Shown: piece after piece, positions 42,609-55,908 of the stretch
Layout of the letters: every line of letters begins with the position of its first letter
Numbering within the stretch: position 1 is the stretch's first letter
Source of the DNA: Trichosphaerium sp. ATCC 40318
Lineage: Eukaryota; Protista; Tubulinea
DNA length: 64,000 nt
Direction: 5' to 3'
NCBI GenBank assembly: GCA_038496445.1
Contig: JALMLS010000455.1
Location: 124,001 to 188,000, forward strand
Notes under the pieces: model-generated
What the model was told of the DNA's origin: nothing
The model's database searches: none
What the model saw: only the letters and a program-made list of their open reading frames with translations
Program-made: the position numbers and the translations under genes

Positions 42609-44682
42609 ATGGTACGGTTTACCTTGTAGTTTGTAAGAATAACATATCAAGGACGGCTGGGATAGCGTAACCAGTAACCCGTTTGGCACAACTGCCTCAG
42701 TGGCATCACCAATAGCACCACAAGTAGCCACGCCTACCCTCAGCGACGAAAATAGCGATTTCAACATTAGAGACAACGAAGCATTTGATGTGGCGTTCGA
42801 ACAACCAGATATTACATCCAACGAAGAGCTAACGCTGTTGTGTAAACTATGCAACAAAAAGGCACGTTAAAAGTTTTCTTAAATCTAAATGACATGCACT
42901 TCTCACCAAACGCTCTAAAATGTTGTATAGATCCCCGTAGATAATATTGATAGCCATTCTAAAAATTGTTTCGAAAAACCCTCTCAAAAAGCGCTTCGGG
43001 TCACTGCATCGCCGAAAAAGGACTTCTCAGAGATAGAGCCATTCCCTAGAGAAGACTTGACACGAGTGAAGATCTTATGTCGGGTTGAGGCACGTTATTT
43101 CAAGCATGGAACACCCAAACAACATTTTTTTGTAAAATAATTTTGTGCAACGTAGGATCCTAAAAAAGAAGGGGGAACATTCACGAGATACAGCTCTTAC
43201 CTTGTTACTGCAGTAACAAGTATTTCAGGATTTAAACACAGCTCATTACAAGCAAGACACGCAACAAGGTACTTGTTAATATTGTATTTTTTTATAGCAA
43301 TAGTCTATTCTTACTGGGGTTTTTTGATGTACAGCGACTTTGATTGGTTATGCAAATCCTTGACGATATACCATCCACAGTGTTTAGTACCTCCTGTACC
43401 ACATAGGAAAAAAGATATGAATATAATGGCGCATTCATTGCAACGGTTTCTACACAAAATAGCTGAACACAAAACTTTATCTAAAACAGAATTTGTTAAA
43501 GGTGCGCCCACAAAACGAAACTTTTTTTCCTTGTACCAGTCACGTGATTTCTTGTTTTAGTATTCTTTGAAGAAAAGGACGCCAAAGCATTTCAAGGTCA
43601 AGTAAAGGTATTGAAGTATTGGAAAAAGGACAAAGCAACACAGATCATAGAAGAAGCAGTAGCTTCAGAAAGAATAGGTTCATACACTCCTAAAGGAGAA
43701 GCGTAAGTTTTTGCTTTATACAAGTGTTACTGATCCTCTTCTAGGGATGACATTACCTCTTACCAAAACGCTTTGAAACAAAGTGTTAAGACAACACAGA
43801 AACTGGCTAGCACTTGGCGTAAATACGCAAAAACATTTGGTGATCAAGAAGCTATTCTTCAACAACTTTCAGATACAGTCAATATTGTCCGCGAGACTAA
43901 TGGCCTTGGTACTTTATCTCAATTGTGTCTTCATTAATTAATAATGTTTTTTAAGGTACTCCTTCATCTGTATTAATACCAGCACCTGTAACTGCTCAAG
44001 CACTTCCTACAGTGCTTGGAGATATAGAAGCTCTTCACAAGGAGAACTCTAGTAAAGTAGGAACAATGCAAGCAGCTACAGAATACCATGCAGATCTTTT
44101 AAAAGACTTTGCTCTTTATACTCAATCTGCTATTGCTCTTATTGGAAGATTCTTATCAGTGAAAGAAAAGATGCATCATGAGATTGCGTTATTGAAGCAG
44201 AAGAAACAGAAGCAAGCTTCTCCTTCTGAAATTAAAGAAAATGAAGCTTTAATTGCTGAAATACGAGCTATTCATGAAGTATTCAAAGCTAATGTACTGC
44301 AAGAACTTGAAGAGTATGATAAACATAAGGCATGGACGCTTGTTGAGTACAGTCGCTGGTAGGTTTTTTTTTGGACAAAAACACCATGGTGCTTTAGTAA
44401 TTATTTTGTTTTAGGTGGGGTGAATGTAATCACTTGTGGTCAGAAGCTTCTGGTAGCTCTTGGAAAACATTTGCAGGTAAGATTTTTACCATACTGGCAG
44501 TTCTCAAAGTTCCCGTTTTTTTCTTGTTTTTTACTGCAGATTTTCGATTCTGACTTATTTATTAGCTGCTAATGCGCAAGCTCATGCGCCTCCTACTCTT
44601 AAGTTTTCTACGCCAGGTAAAATAACATCTTTTTTCAGCTCTTTTTGGAAGCGTTCAAAGCAGTGAACTAAGAAATAAATAA
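42609..44682 (+). CDS. PX-BAR sorting nexin with N-terminal NPF motif and C2HC (UBZ-like) zinc finger
   Basis: M/DGWDSVTSNPFG...CKLCNKK/IPVDNIDSHSKNC; PX: YSSYLVT...TR/YSDFDWL...LVPPVP...LQRFLHKIAEHKTLSK; helical BAR-like C-terminus. Confidence 0.8.
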
Positions 44683-44935
44683 GTCACATGTAAAATAAAA
44701 CAAACAAAAAATAAATTACAAGGAGCTTGTAACGAATATGAATCCCATAAATTTTTTGGCAGATACAATCAAAATAATAGTTTCATTTGGGCCATCATTA
44801 CATCTTGACCATATTACTTCAAGTGAGATAAAGTTACGGAGTATCCTGGAACTGACTATTTACGAGCTCTAGAAATGATAGTGGGTACAGACGAGTGCGA
44901 GTACTTGATTAATAACAAACATGTCAATTAATTTT

Positions 44936-45949
44936 TTATTTTTGATTGTCTGGCCACGTGGTTACAAGTAAGCCATTTCTTGATGCATTTGCAAGGTACA
45001 AACGAGTTTCCAAGGCTAGCTTAATACCATCATAACAGATAATACTAGCACCAGCAAGTTCTAATAACCCATAATCTGTAACACGACGACAATTACTAAC
45101 ATCAACAGCATATGCTCCAGCAATACCTTTAAGACCTCTATCTGTTACTTCTACACAATGACGTAAACTTATTGTATGTACTCCTTTTAAAGCAAATAAT
45201 GCTTCATCTGTTATTTGTTGACAACCAGTTAAGTAAATTGAATGAATACCAGCAAGGGCTTTTATACCTTCATCTGTAACGTACGAACACCAACTGCAGT
45301 TGAGCGAGTACACACCAGCTAGTGACTTAATTCCATCATTTGTAACACGTGCACATCCTTCAATAGATATAGTATGAGCGCCAGCAAGACTTCTAATACC
45401 TTCATCTGTAACTTTAGAGCAGTTTTTTAGTATGATTTTTTGAACACCTTCTAAAGAAGTAACACCTTTATCTGTTATACCCAAACAGTTGCTCAAGTCA
45501 ATACTACGCACACCAAATAGATACTGAACTCCTTTATCTGATAAAACATCAGCAGTCTGTAGTGCCGCTGAAGGCCGGCGAAGGAGATATCCTCCACACT
45601 CATTTTTTAAGCTTTTTGTACTATCTCTGACCGTAATGTTTGTGTATCGTAGTATGCCTGAACATACCCTAATAGCTTCTGCGTGATCGTCATTAACCAA
45701 AGCAATTGATTTGAAGCCAATATAAAAGCGTATAACATGGGCAAACAATAAACAGGTTAAAACCACGTGACGCCTATCATCATCATCTAGAAGGTTTAAT
45801 ATTGCGCTTACGATCTCTGTTGGTAAGCCTTGAAGGCCATTAGCCTCTTTTGGGAGAGATAGAACGATGTTTTTGTGTTTAGACGCCGGTTTATCCTTAC
45901 CAGAGATTGCTTCGTTGCGAACTGCCGGTGTGGGGAGCAATTGGCCCAT
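44936..45949 (-). CDS. Intronless F-box/leucine-rich-repeat (AMN1-type, CC-LRR) protein
   Basis: LQGLPTEIVSAILNLLDDDDRRHVVLTC (F-box) followed by 22-aa units LxGVHxIxLxxCxxVTDxGIxx. Confidence 0.9.
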   Translation of the reverse strand: MGQLLPTPAVRNEAISGKDKPASKHKNIVLSLPKEANGLQGLPTEIVSAILNLLDDDDRRHVVLTCLLFAHVIRFYIGFKSIALVNDDHAEAIRVCSGILRYTNITVRDSTKSLKNECGGYLLRRPSAALQTADVLSDKGVQYLFGVRSIDLSNCLGITDKGVTSLEGVQKIILKNCSKVTDEGIRSLAGAHTISIEGCARVTNDGIKSLAGVYSLNCSWCSYVTDEGIKALAGIHSIYLTGCQQITDEALFALKGVHTISLRHCVEVTDRGLKGIAGAYAVDVSNCRRVTDYGLLELAGASIICYDGIKLALETRLYLANASRNGLLVTTWPDNQK

Positions 45950-46617
45950 TGTTGTTTTGAACTACGCAAACTCTCGAAACTAACCGCTAGTAGGCTTTGT
46001 ACAGTGATGGTTACCAAGACGAGTGGGTTCACTAATTTAGCACAGCGATGGACCGTAAACCGTTTTGCTCAAAGCGTCAACTTTAGTAAACAAATCACGT
46101 GACCACACAATAGCAAACGCGGTCTATTAGTTTGAGGTCTTATTCAGGTACGCTTGCAATTTGATACGCGAATCTTCGTCTGGGTTTTGCTTGGTTTAGT
46201 TTTTTAGAACTCTGTCGGCTTCACTTCTTGTTAAGAGCGGGCGATACAAACTCTATCATGACACTCTGTAGGGTTTTTAGTGTATATCCTCACGTAACCA
46301 ACTTAGACGCTTTTAACATACGTACAAGCGTTAACTACATCGTTTTACCAGGTACAAGTTATTTGGCTATCATTAGAAATGACTTTTCTTTTTCATAAAC
46401 TTTCACGTGCACATTTATTTTTAGTGAAATTTTTTTTTGTGAAATTTATACGTAATGGTTTTTTTTCTTTAGCAAACTACAACACGCAGTAAGTAGAGTT
46501 TTGTGTTGTTTGCGGTTGATCGTAAACAATGGAAAGTAAATCCGCTTGTGGCGATTTTTTGGTTTTTGGTAAGCAGCTTTTTTTTTTTTGAAGTTGTTGT
46601 CAATAATCCTTATGTAG

Positions 46618-49600
46618 GTAAAATATTCATTCTGGATGAGGGTTGTTTTTACAAAGGGACTTTAAAAAATGGTATCCGACATGGCAAAGGCGAACAGACA
46701 TGGTACTGTGATAATGATGTTAGTGGTAAGAGAGTGTTTTTTTTTGTGATGATTACCAACAATACATAGGCTATGAAAATGGTACCAAATACATCGGTGA
46801 CTTTGTGGATGGCGAGATAACAGGGAAAGGAGAGTATTATTCGCCAAATGGTGAAAAGTACTTTGGTGACTTTGAGGATGACAAGTTTACAAGAAAAGTA
46901 AAGTATATGATTCCAAATAGTGTATTTATTGGTGACTCTGTGGATGGCAAGAGAACAGGACAAGGCGAGATTTATTGGCCAAATGGTAACAAATACTTTG
47001 TGAATGGCATCCATGGACATTAAAGATGTGCATGTATTTTCAGAAGATATGAAGTATTTCAAGAAGCTGAATGACTGGTTTATAGCTTCCACATTTACTA
47101 CTTTACCTCCAAATGATAGTTTCGAAATAGTATATCAAAAATCCTTAATTTTTGAGATCATTTCAAAAGAGACATTCACTCGAGTTGTTGAACAGATAAG
47201 ACAATACAAATATGAAAACAATTGTTTGTGTGATGTGGTATTTGTTTATGATCTTTGTTTACATGACCCTGAGATATCATTACATCAAGGTACCAACAGT
47301 ATTCTCATATTTGACTGTGCGCTCATTAAAACTTAGTTACAACAAAAGCACGTGAGATTCCAGGGGCACGTGTGATACCAATTAAGATACACGATATTAC
47401 AAAAGAACAATTTCAAGGTGAATATTACAGATTGTACCATAAAAAAAAGCCATCACCAATTGCTTCTGGTATGGATCACAGAGAATATGAATACATGAAG
47501 CAACTGAAAGCAAAATTGTTGGTTGTGGGTCATGGAGGATCAGGTATGCTCAAGCAATATGAGTTTCTTTACATTGACGTAAATATTAGGAAAGACAACT
47601 TTAGTAAAGATGTTGTCAGGTGAAAAAGATGACAGTGTTGATTCAACAGTTGGCTTTGATACATCTTCTCTATTGTGCGTTTGTTTGATATTCTATATGA
47701 GACATAACACTGACACATGTAGATATGGTGATTTATCATTCGCTGTTTTAGACTTTGCTGGACAGATAGAATACAAAGGACTTCACAAGTATTTTTTTGC
47801 AAAACAACTTGCCATTTACGTCATTGTTGTAAGATCCTAAAACCACGTGTTCAAACATTTTCTTATCAATATTTATTTTAGATTGACTTATCACTATCAA
47901 TTGTGGAACAAAAGAAGCACTTGAAGCACTGGGTTCATACCCTTAGTAAGTTTTTGCGTGGACAAGATGGAACATTCTACTCAGTGATAGTATATGGATC
48001 CAAGTTGGATATTCATTCAGGAGACTTAAAAGCCAATAAAAAAGCGCTTTACTCCTTCAATCAGATGAAATCGCCAGTGTACCTTGTGTTTTGCTTAGAC
48101 GGTACTCATTTTATTTTAAACTAAGTCTCCTAATGTTGTTTCAAAAGGTATCTCTGGTCTTGAGAAACAATTGAAGCGTCAAGCAAAATACATGAAGTCA
48201 CAATACCCAAAAGTACCCACTATTTATGACGAAGTACAAACAGCATTAATGTCGAAGGGTAACATCATATCATTGTACGTTGATTGATTGCTATTTACAG
48301 ACACAGATGAATAACATTTTGATAGTGAACAAGTCATCAAACTATTACCTAAGACATGTAAAATGGCTCCAATTGAGTTGGTTGCCTCGTTAAATTACCT
48401 CCACTCTACTGGTAGCATTATGTTTGATGAGGTACTACAACCTTTTTTATGAACTTGAATTTGATTTAATTATCCTCTAGTCATCATACATGTTGTGTTT
48501 AGACCCTCTCATTCTATCTCGTATTATGAGTGTCTTTGTTGCTCCTACAGAACACCTGAACAGACTATTGAATGACAAGTCTCGAAATCACTGTGCTGTA
48601 TTCACAGATGCAGAGGCCCATTATCGCATCTCAAAGGTATACAAAAACTATACAATGGTTGAAGTGAAGCAAGTGATGAAATTCTTGGTTAAATTGTCAT
48701 TTTGTGTTCACTTGACAAAAGAAGAAAAGGTAACGCTTCATAACATATTTTTTTATTTGGTACATTATTTATTTACTGTGGTTAGAAAGTGTACGGCTCA
48801 GATGGATACATCATAATTTCGTTATTGCCTAAAGCTGATATGTTATACTTTCCGCCTGTGACAGAAAAGGAGTCCAGTATCAATCTAGTTAAAAAAGGAA
48901 ACAAGGAATTATCCACATTTTCTGAAGTGTTTTACTTGAGGAAGTTGCCAACAGAGTGGAGGTTGTTATCATTTGTACCTAAAAAAGATGATAGTTTTGA
49001 GACAAATACAATTGAAACAATCAAGAAAAATGACAAGACTCAAAAAATAGTACGTTTAGAATCACGTGTTCTCTCTTTGGGTTTTGTTTCTCAATTTTTA
49101 CTTTACTTTCTTGTTTTTATTGTTATTGTTGCTAAACAACCTTTAGTCACTTCCTGACAAATATGAGCATATATCAGCTGTTTCAAAGTTCTTGGCTTAT
49201 CAATTTACTTCTCCAGAAATGTCAATAGATGTGTTTAATAACTTGCAAACAAGATTAAGAGGTAAGCACCGAAGTAATGTTGTATTTGTGCTTACAAAAT
49301 ACCTAGAGTTCCACAACAAAGAGTTCCGCCTCTTTTCGAATCTGATTGTATTGAATGATTTCTATGGTAACACAATTGTGCTGTACTATAATAACCTTAC
49401 GATAAATATTGTCATCAGAGGCAACGTGCCATGGTTATGGAAGGTACGATAGCAAATATCGTTATGTATTGAAAGAATTCACATATGTTTAGAAATGTAT
49501 TGGATCATACCTAGCACCATTGGAAGGTAAACAAGTTCAGCTATGCCCTGCTAGTATTCAAAACGGTCACGTCGTTGTTGCTACAAAACCTCCATATAAG

Positions 49601-51442
49601 TTTGAACAAACGGGTAACCACAATGTGAATGTCAACTTTACTTACAACAATCTGATAGGAGATACTGTCACTGCCTCTCACTTGAAAAAGGGCTTTCCTG
49701 TACTCACAATAAGCCACAATAGCTTGTGGAGCAGTCTTCATGGTGAACGATTTTTAAAACAAGGCGATTGGAAAGAGAATAAGAAAAAGTATCCAGGTTT
49801 GAGATGGACTTCTCTCACAAGCAACGAAACAACCAAAGTATGTGTAACACTTTTTCCGACTTTGTATTTCATCTTAGATGACTGATCTAAAAAGGTGCGT
49901 TGTGATGAGTACTTGAGAGCTCGCAATATGTTCTACAAGTTTATGGGTACTGAAAGTGAGTCGTTCTTTAAACTTGAAAAGATTGTATTCTTTGACAATC
50001 AAACACTTGAAGCTGCATTCCAAGAAAAGTATAATGATCTCGTTAAAAAATTGCTGCACGCAAAAAACTCAAGTGCGTCATGTGTAAAAATAGTCATCAT
50101 ACTAATATGTGATTTAGATTCACACAATGACAGCATAGATAAAAATAAAATTGAAGCACAAGAACGTACAATGAACCATTTGAAAAACTACACTCTTCGT
50201 GTTTCTGGTAATGAGCAAATCAATCTCATTGGTGGGTTTCATGGTACAACACAGGTACTGTCATCATATTAAGTATGCTACTTATACGCATACGTAGGAT
50301 ATCAGTTTCTTAATTGCGACCAACAACTTCAGAGAGCCAACAAAGTCAAAAGACAAGAAAGATGAAGGATTCTTTGGTACTACATATAAACAGCTTATCT
50401 TTCAAAAACATATCTAATAATTTAACAAAGGGAATGGTATCTACTTTACACAATACCCAGATTATGGTACTGCCTATAATGTCTCATGTACATTGGAGCT
50501 AATAGAGCTGTTGTAGGAAAGGTATATGCTGAGTGGAAGGAGACAAATAATCCTTGTATGTTGATATCGTGGGTGATGATGGGAAAACCCTATCCAGCTA
50601 CTGAGGTTCCTGACCCTCGTGATCCAAACAGCCTCTATGGAAAAGGATGCAAGGTAATCCATTAAAATTACCCATTAGTTGTGGTGTAACAATGTAAAAA
50701 TAGGATGGATACGATTCACACTATGCTATTGTTAAAAAAACAACAAATGCTCGTAATTGCTATCCTTGTAAAAAACATGAAAAACCAGACTTTGATGAGA
50801 TTGTTGTATTCTCCAACAAACAAGTATGAACCTCACATTCTTATTAATAATCCTTGGCAGTTGCTTCTAACTATCCTTTCAACAGATTCTTCCAAGATAC
50901 CTTGTTTATTATCAAAGCACAAACACTACCAATTTGAAACAGCTCAACATCAAGTACAGAGATGCAAAGTGTCTCATCTTATGGGTTGATGATAACTTAT
51001 CCAAGGAGAACAAAAATATTGTAACACTGTTAAAAGCTCGGCCAAAGAAAACAGAGGTACACAAACCAAATAGAATATGTTGAAGGTTGAAGGTTACTAA
51101 CACTCCGAAGGTTTTGCCAATGATGTCATCCTCAGAGGTTTTGGCATGGCTTCAACAGTTTAAAGGATATTGTAACAACAGGTTACGTATTATAACAAAC
51201 AGGTACCGTAAAGGTGATGGAGATGAGAATGCAGCAGAGCACTTGGTGAAAAGTATAATTAAGCAAAATAAGAAATGGAGTAAAATACCTATTCTTGTGT
51301 TTTGTGGTATGTGTAATACAACAACAATCAATACATGCTCATATTTTTGATTCTAGGAAACAAATCAAGCGTCAAGTACCTCAAAAAGAAATACAAGAAT
51401 GTTTCAGTCACAGATAATCCTGCAGATGTATTAGCCTTGTAA
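46618..51442 (+). CDS. MORN-repeat + Roc GTPase + COR + PARP-type ADP-ribosyltransferase + receiver-like protein (ROCO family); 5' end unresolved
   Basis: MORN (YKGTLKNGIRHGKG); Roc KLLVVGHGGSG/KTTL, STVG, DFAGQIEY..LH.YF, GSKLD; COR-like LCLDPLILSRIM; ART FHGT, GFFG/MGIYFTQ, GYDSHY, DEIVVF...ILPRYLVYY; REC-like ILWVDDN...IITN...IPILVFC. Confidence 0.85.
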
Positions 51443-51649
51443 ACAAGCCCAAGTTTAACTACAAACATATCACAGATCATAGCGATTTCACTAGACTTTA
51501 TGCTACGAAGCCCTTTCATTGAGTACCAACTAACTTGTCAGGTATAGAACAGGACAGTACAATGTTCCTTTGTTCTCAATAAACCAAAGTCTTCGTTTTA
51601 GCTTTTGGTTTTTTTTTTTTGAATTCTGTACAATTGGTTCTATTTCTAA

Positions 51650-52102
51650 ACCTTGTATACCTTCGTTCTACAGGTAGCTTATACCAAGGGCATTGATCAA
51701 GCTTTGTTGCGCATCCTTGGCAAAGGCCTTGGTGACCTAAACAAACAAGGGTCAAACAAACCCATGTGTTACCAAAAAAAAAAAGACTGGACAATAAAAA
51801 ATCTTGTACTGCAGTTGAGCAAGACGCAATCCACTTTATGGACATAACATACTTTAATTTCCTTACACCCAACAATGTGTAATACTTCAACACTTTTAAG
51901 TGGAACAAGCCAATCATCTGTTGCCTTTGTGTTTGATAGATCAATAGTGTGCACACCAACAAGGTATTTCATACAAGACCTTGTGATTTCCTTACAACCC
52001 CAAAGTTGAATGCTCTTTACACCAACCAGTGCTGAAATACCCTTATCTGTTACTGACGTATAACTTATGTCTATAGTATACACCAGCTAATGCTGAAATG
52101 CC
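51650..52102 (-). pseudogene. Chimeric LRR + RING-finger relic
   Basis: LRR units like those at 44936-45949, with a frameshift at ~52082 (GISALAG to YTIDISY), joined abruptly to a RING-HC lacking its first Cys and with CPWY for CPxC; no start or F-box found. Confidence 0.65.
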
Positions 52103-52308
52103 AACAAAAAGGTTGCAACAAATGCTTGGTGTTGTAACGAGTTTCAACCTTAAAAGAGCAAGAAAGGCTCGTGCACCTTCTCTAGTATCAAAATGTTGGT
52201 CAAGTTTGGCTTGTGAATCAACGTGTTCCTAAATACAGTGATCACGTGGACAACAAACAGGACATTTGGGCTACATTATATACATTTATGCACAACTGGC
52301 TCTATCTT

Positions 52309-53816
52309 CTAGTACAGAAGCCTTGCTGGAGTATCATGAGACTCCGCTTTTTTCTCGTTTAGCATAACACCAACAGCATGTCCGAGGTAACGCTGTTGTG
52401 CAGCTTTAGTACTATGTTCAGAAAAAGATGCCCAGTTCCATTGATATCCTGGCTCAATCATAGTCAAGGCTTGAGGCCAGAAATGATGCACTTGGTAAGC
52501 GCTATACATTTTTCTTATCTGTTGCAATGATACACGATACCTAAACAAATAAGATACAGATGAACAACACGATAAAAAAAATTAGCTGTTGCTTGTTTTT
52601 CTCTGTAGTACCATTGGTTTGGATCTGTTATACCCAATCTATGTTTTACATTATTTAGAAACGTTAACACCTCATTTTGAGAGTGCCTAACAGGACGATT
52701 CCAATAAAAGTTATCTTCTAACCAAGAAAAAGAAGGATAAAGTGCTTTCAACATTTTGGGCACAGTGCCATGTCTAAGGCTAAGTGTAAATACTAAAATA
52801 AGTGTAAAATACTGTTCAAAAAGGGAACTCCTTAATAAATCATACCTATTCACTACGCCCTTGGTGCCTAGCCTCAAGTCTGTCGCTTCTACTTCATAAA
52901 AGTCATCAAGCGTTTTAATATTTAGCTGTTGAGCGCAATACTCTACTTGACAGCGTTGATTTTCTAAAGAATCCCAGCATGTGACTGTAGCACGTCTAAT
53001 AATTAGTAAAAAAAAAAGACAAACTAATAGATAAATGTTGTTCACTGAAATATTTTTTGACACATTGTGACATTTGCAATGAGAAATGAAGTCAGTGCGT
53101 GTTGGGAAGGATAAAAGGTAGAATGTATTTTTGTTGTATACTCCTAAAACGAGGTGAACGTACTGAAATCGCCATGGTAGCCAATCGTGATTAGGATACA
53201 TCACTTTAAGACAATTATAAAGTGAGTGACCATAGCGTCGCCTAAATTATGGTTCAGAAGTGCTTAATCGGCGAAATGAAAGTTCGTACATGAAGCTGTA
53301 AGCACCTAATTTTACTACACTTCTATAATTTGTGTTGTACCAATCAATCAATGTCTTGATATTTAATTCTTTTGCGATTGACTCAATTTCTTTTTGCTGG
53401 TTGCCAATGACGTCCCAGTATGATTGGATATGCTCAGCAGTTCTTGGTGTTGTTAGAGTACTTTAAATACAGTGATAAAGGGACTTACTGAAAAAGGCTA
53501 CGATTCCAGCTGTGTTGTGGATAAGCCGTTTCTAAGCACGCTGGTAGCGATCCAGTCTTAGTACTAGAGTTGTTAGCTGTATAAATGTAGAGTAATGTTG
53601 TACATTAACTTTGCCGCTCCTTGCGCTTTTGCAAATCCCACTGGCACGTAATACCACTCATCCAACTGTTTTACGCCCAGCTTTTCAGCAATTGACGTCA
53701 ATACTCTACCAGTAGTCGTATTGGGTGTATTTGGAACCGCCACGCGACACCCTAGTTATTAAAACGGTCAATAATACAATTTAGCTTAATTTGAACGTAC
53801 CAACTCGAACACGCAT
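52309..53816 (-). CDS. Trp-rich tandem-repeat protein (4 units) lacking the nuclease domain, paralog 3
   Basis: MRVRVGCRVAV...LGVKQLDEWYYV...YPQHSW; YWDVIGNQ...LIDWYN...YPNHDWLPWRF; last unit W/YRVSLQQ...WPQALTMIEPGYQWNWASF, then a stop ~25 aa after KAAQQR. Confidence 0.75.
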
Positions 53817-53921
53817 TACAGATTGGTTTCAGATATGCACATAGCTAATGGGTGTATTAGGGTTACTAAAGATGTAAAACTGGCTTAATCGTGTTCAGTG
53901 CTTGTGCAAGTGTCAGATCTA

Positions 53922-55818
53922 ATGAGCCAGTTCACCAGCGATGTCATGGACACGCAAAGAATGGATGATGGTAGGCCTGAAACATTTTCTGCTGGAGGTT
54001 TCGTAATCGATGGCTATAGCCAAGGAGAAGGTACAATTACGCTGTGAGACATCAAAAATATTAATAATTAACAGCGACAGTTTCTCAGAAGAAAACCAGC
54101 AAAAAAGCCACCAAAAAGAGGCGACATAGCGCTCCTAAGCCGCGCAACAACAACAAGAAATCAACAAAGAAGCGTAAACGGAGTAGCCAGAATAACAGAC
54201 CAAACAAAAAGCAGAAAAAAGATGTAACACCTGACGTTACGCGTACACCAGCGCCACAGAGCGTTTTAGAAGACAGCGATGACTGCTATGACTTTGACGA
54301 CGATGAAGCGTGTAAAAGCAAAGAACATTCCAAATAGAGTTATAACCGCTTGTTGTAGGTAAAGCAGAAGAACAAGCAGATCTTGAGGCCAAAGAACAAG
54401 AAGCAAAACGTGGACCAAACAAGAAAAAGCGCGCTGAAGTACATGTACGCAATCAGTGGCCCTAAATGGCTCTATACCATGTTCAGATGCTTAACCGATT
54501 TTTTTGCGCCAGATTTTTCCTTCAGGCTCTTGTAATTTGTTCGCTGATACCCCTGAACATTATCCTTTATCCTCAGATGACGAAGAAATAGAGGTACAAT
54601 TATGAAAACGTCATATGACAAGCGGCGTGGCTAATTTCTTGTTTTTGTAGACTGACAAAGTAAGCGGCAACTGCGATGCTCCTCCTCCAGGCCAGCGATT
54701 TAGTATAAGGCCTATACCTTTACAACATAGTAAGCTATACACAGAACAATACTACCTTCAGGGTATAGGACTATCATATCCGAGGTATGTTGAGGAATAG
54801 GCTACTTTTTTATATTTGTTTATTTTTTTTTAACTTTGTTGTTTTAGACTTGTAGAGCGTCACACGCTTAATGGTATGAAAGGATTATGTAACGAGCTTG
54901 ATGAACTTCTTAAAGAATGGTCAGATCTTGAGAAAGATAGATATTACAAGGTAACCTTCAGCTGTAGCTCATTGTAACCAAAACTATCATGTGCTGTTTT
55001 TTTTTTTAATAATTTCTGTTTAGTGGTCAGCTAGACTTGGTCGTTATAAAGTATCTCAAATATCTAAGGCTATTGGCACAAAATCACAAATACAAGTAGC
55101 AAAATTGACGTACTTACTTTCGACACTTGCAGCTTGTAAGTGTATTTCTTTTCTTTCTTTTTTTTTTTTTCCGGAAGCTCACATTGATTACAGTTGAACG
55201 GTTGAATGACAAGAATGAGCCTTATGCGGCTAAAAATGATATCTTGCCAGATACAGATCCCAATTATGAAGAAGCTAAAGAAGCTACCAAAGAAGAAATC
55301 GAAAGTGAAATAGAAGAAGCCAAATTTCTTCAAAAAGTGTCGCAAAGTAAAATAATGTACGTCCAAAACAGGTTCAAACTTTGACGTCTTTACATCTTTT
55401 TTACAGAGGGTATAATAAGCACGATAGTGAAAGACTATCAGACCATCTTTTAGGTCTTCCTAAAGACCTTACAGCACGTGATGAACAAGATGTTTTGGAT
55501 ATTTGTACAACTGAAGAATTGACTTTTGAAGATCTTGCAGAGCTTCATATGGTTTTATTCATACAGACAGTACTACGTAAAGTAATAATAAGAAAGTGTT
55601 GGTATAATACGGACTATAAAGTTCTTAATACCATGCAGAGGAAAGCAAGGAATTTTCATCCTAATGTGGAGCATATACTTAACTCACCTGATTTATTAAT
55701 GATTTCAAAGAGTGATATACTTGCTAGTGTTGTAGGACATCGAAAAAAACAGAAAAGTATTCTTGAGATATTTGAGAATTTTCATGATGAATGTAGTTCA
55801 GATGACTGTGAATGGTAG
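53922..55818 (+). CDS. Nuclear protein with SANT/Myb-like motif resembling Rrn5 (Pol I UAF subunit)
   Basis: Basic NLS-like N-terminus; WSDLEKDRYYK/WSARLGRYKVSQISKAIGTKSQIQV resembles the W..EKE.FF..L.R.G....IA..I.TKS..EV motif of fungal Rrn5; identity by eye only. Confidence 0.5.
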
Positions 55819-55908
55819 TAACATGTAATTGCAAATTGTAAATAAACTTGTAGAAAAGAGACGTTTAAAAAATAGCTACATATTATTTCGGTATTGTCGT
55901 TTCAGTTA

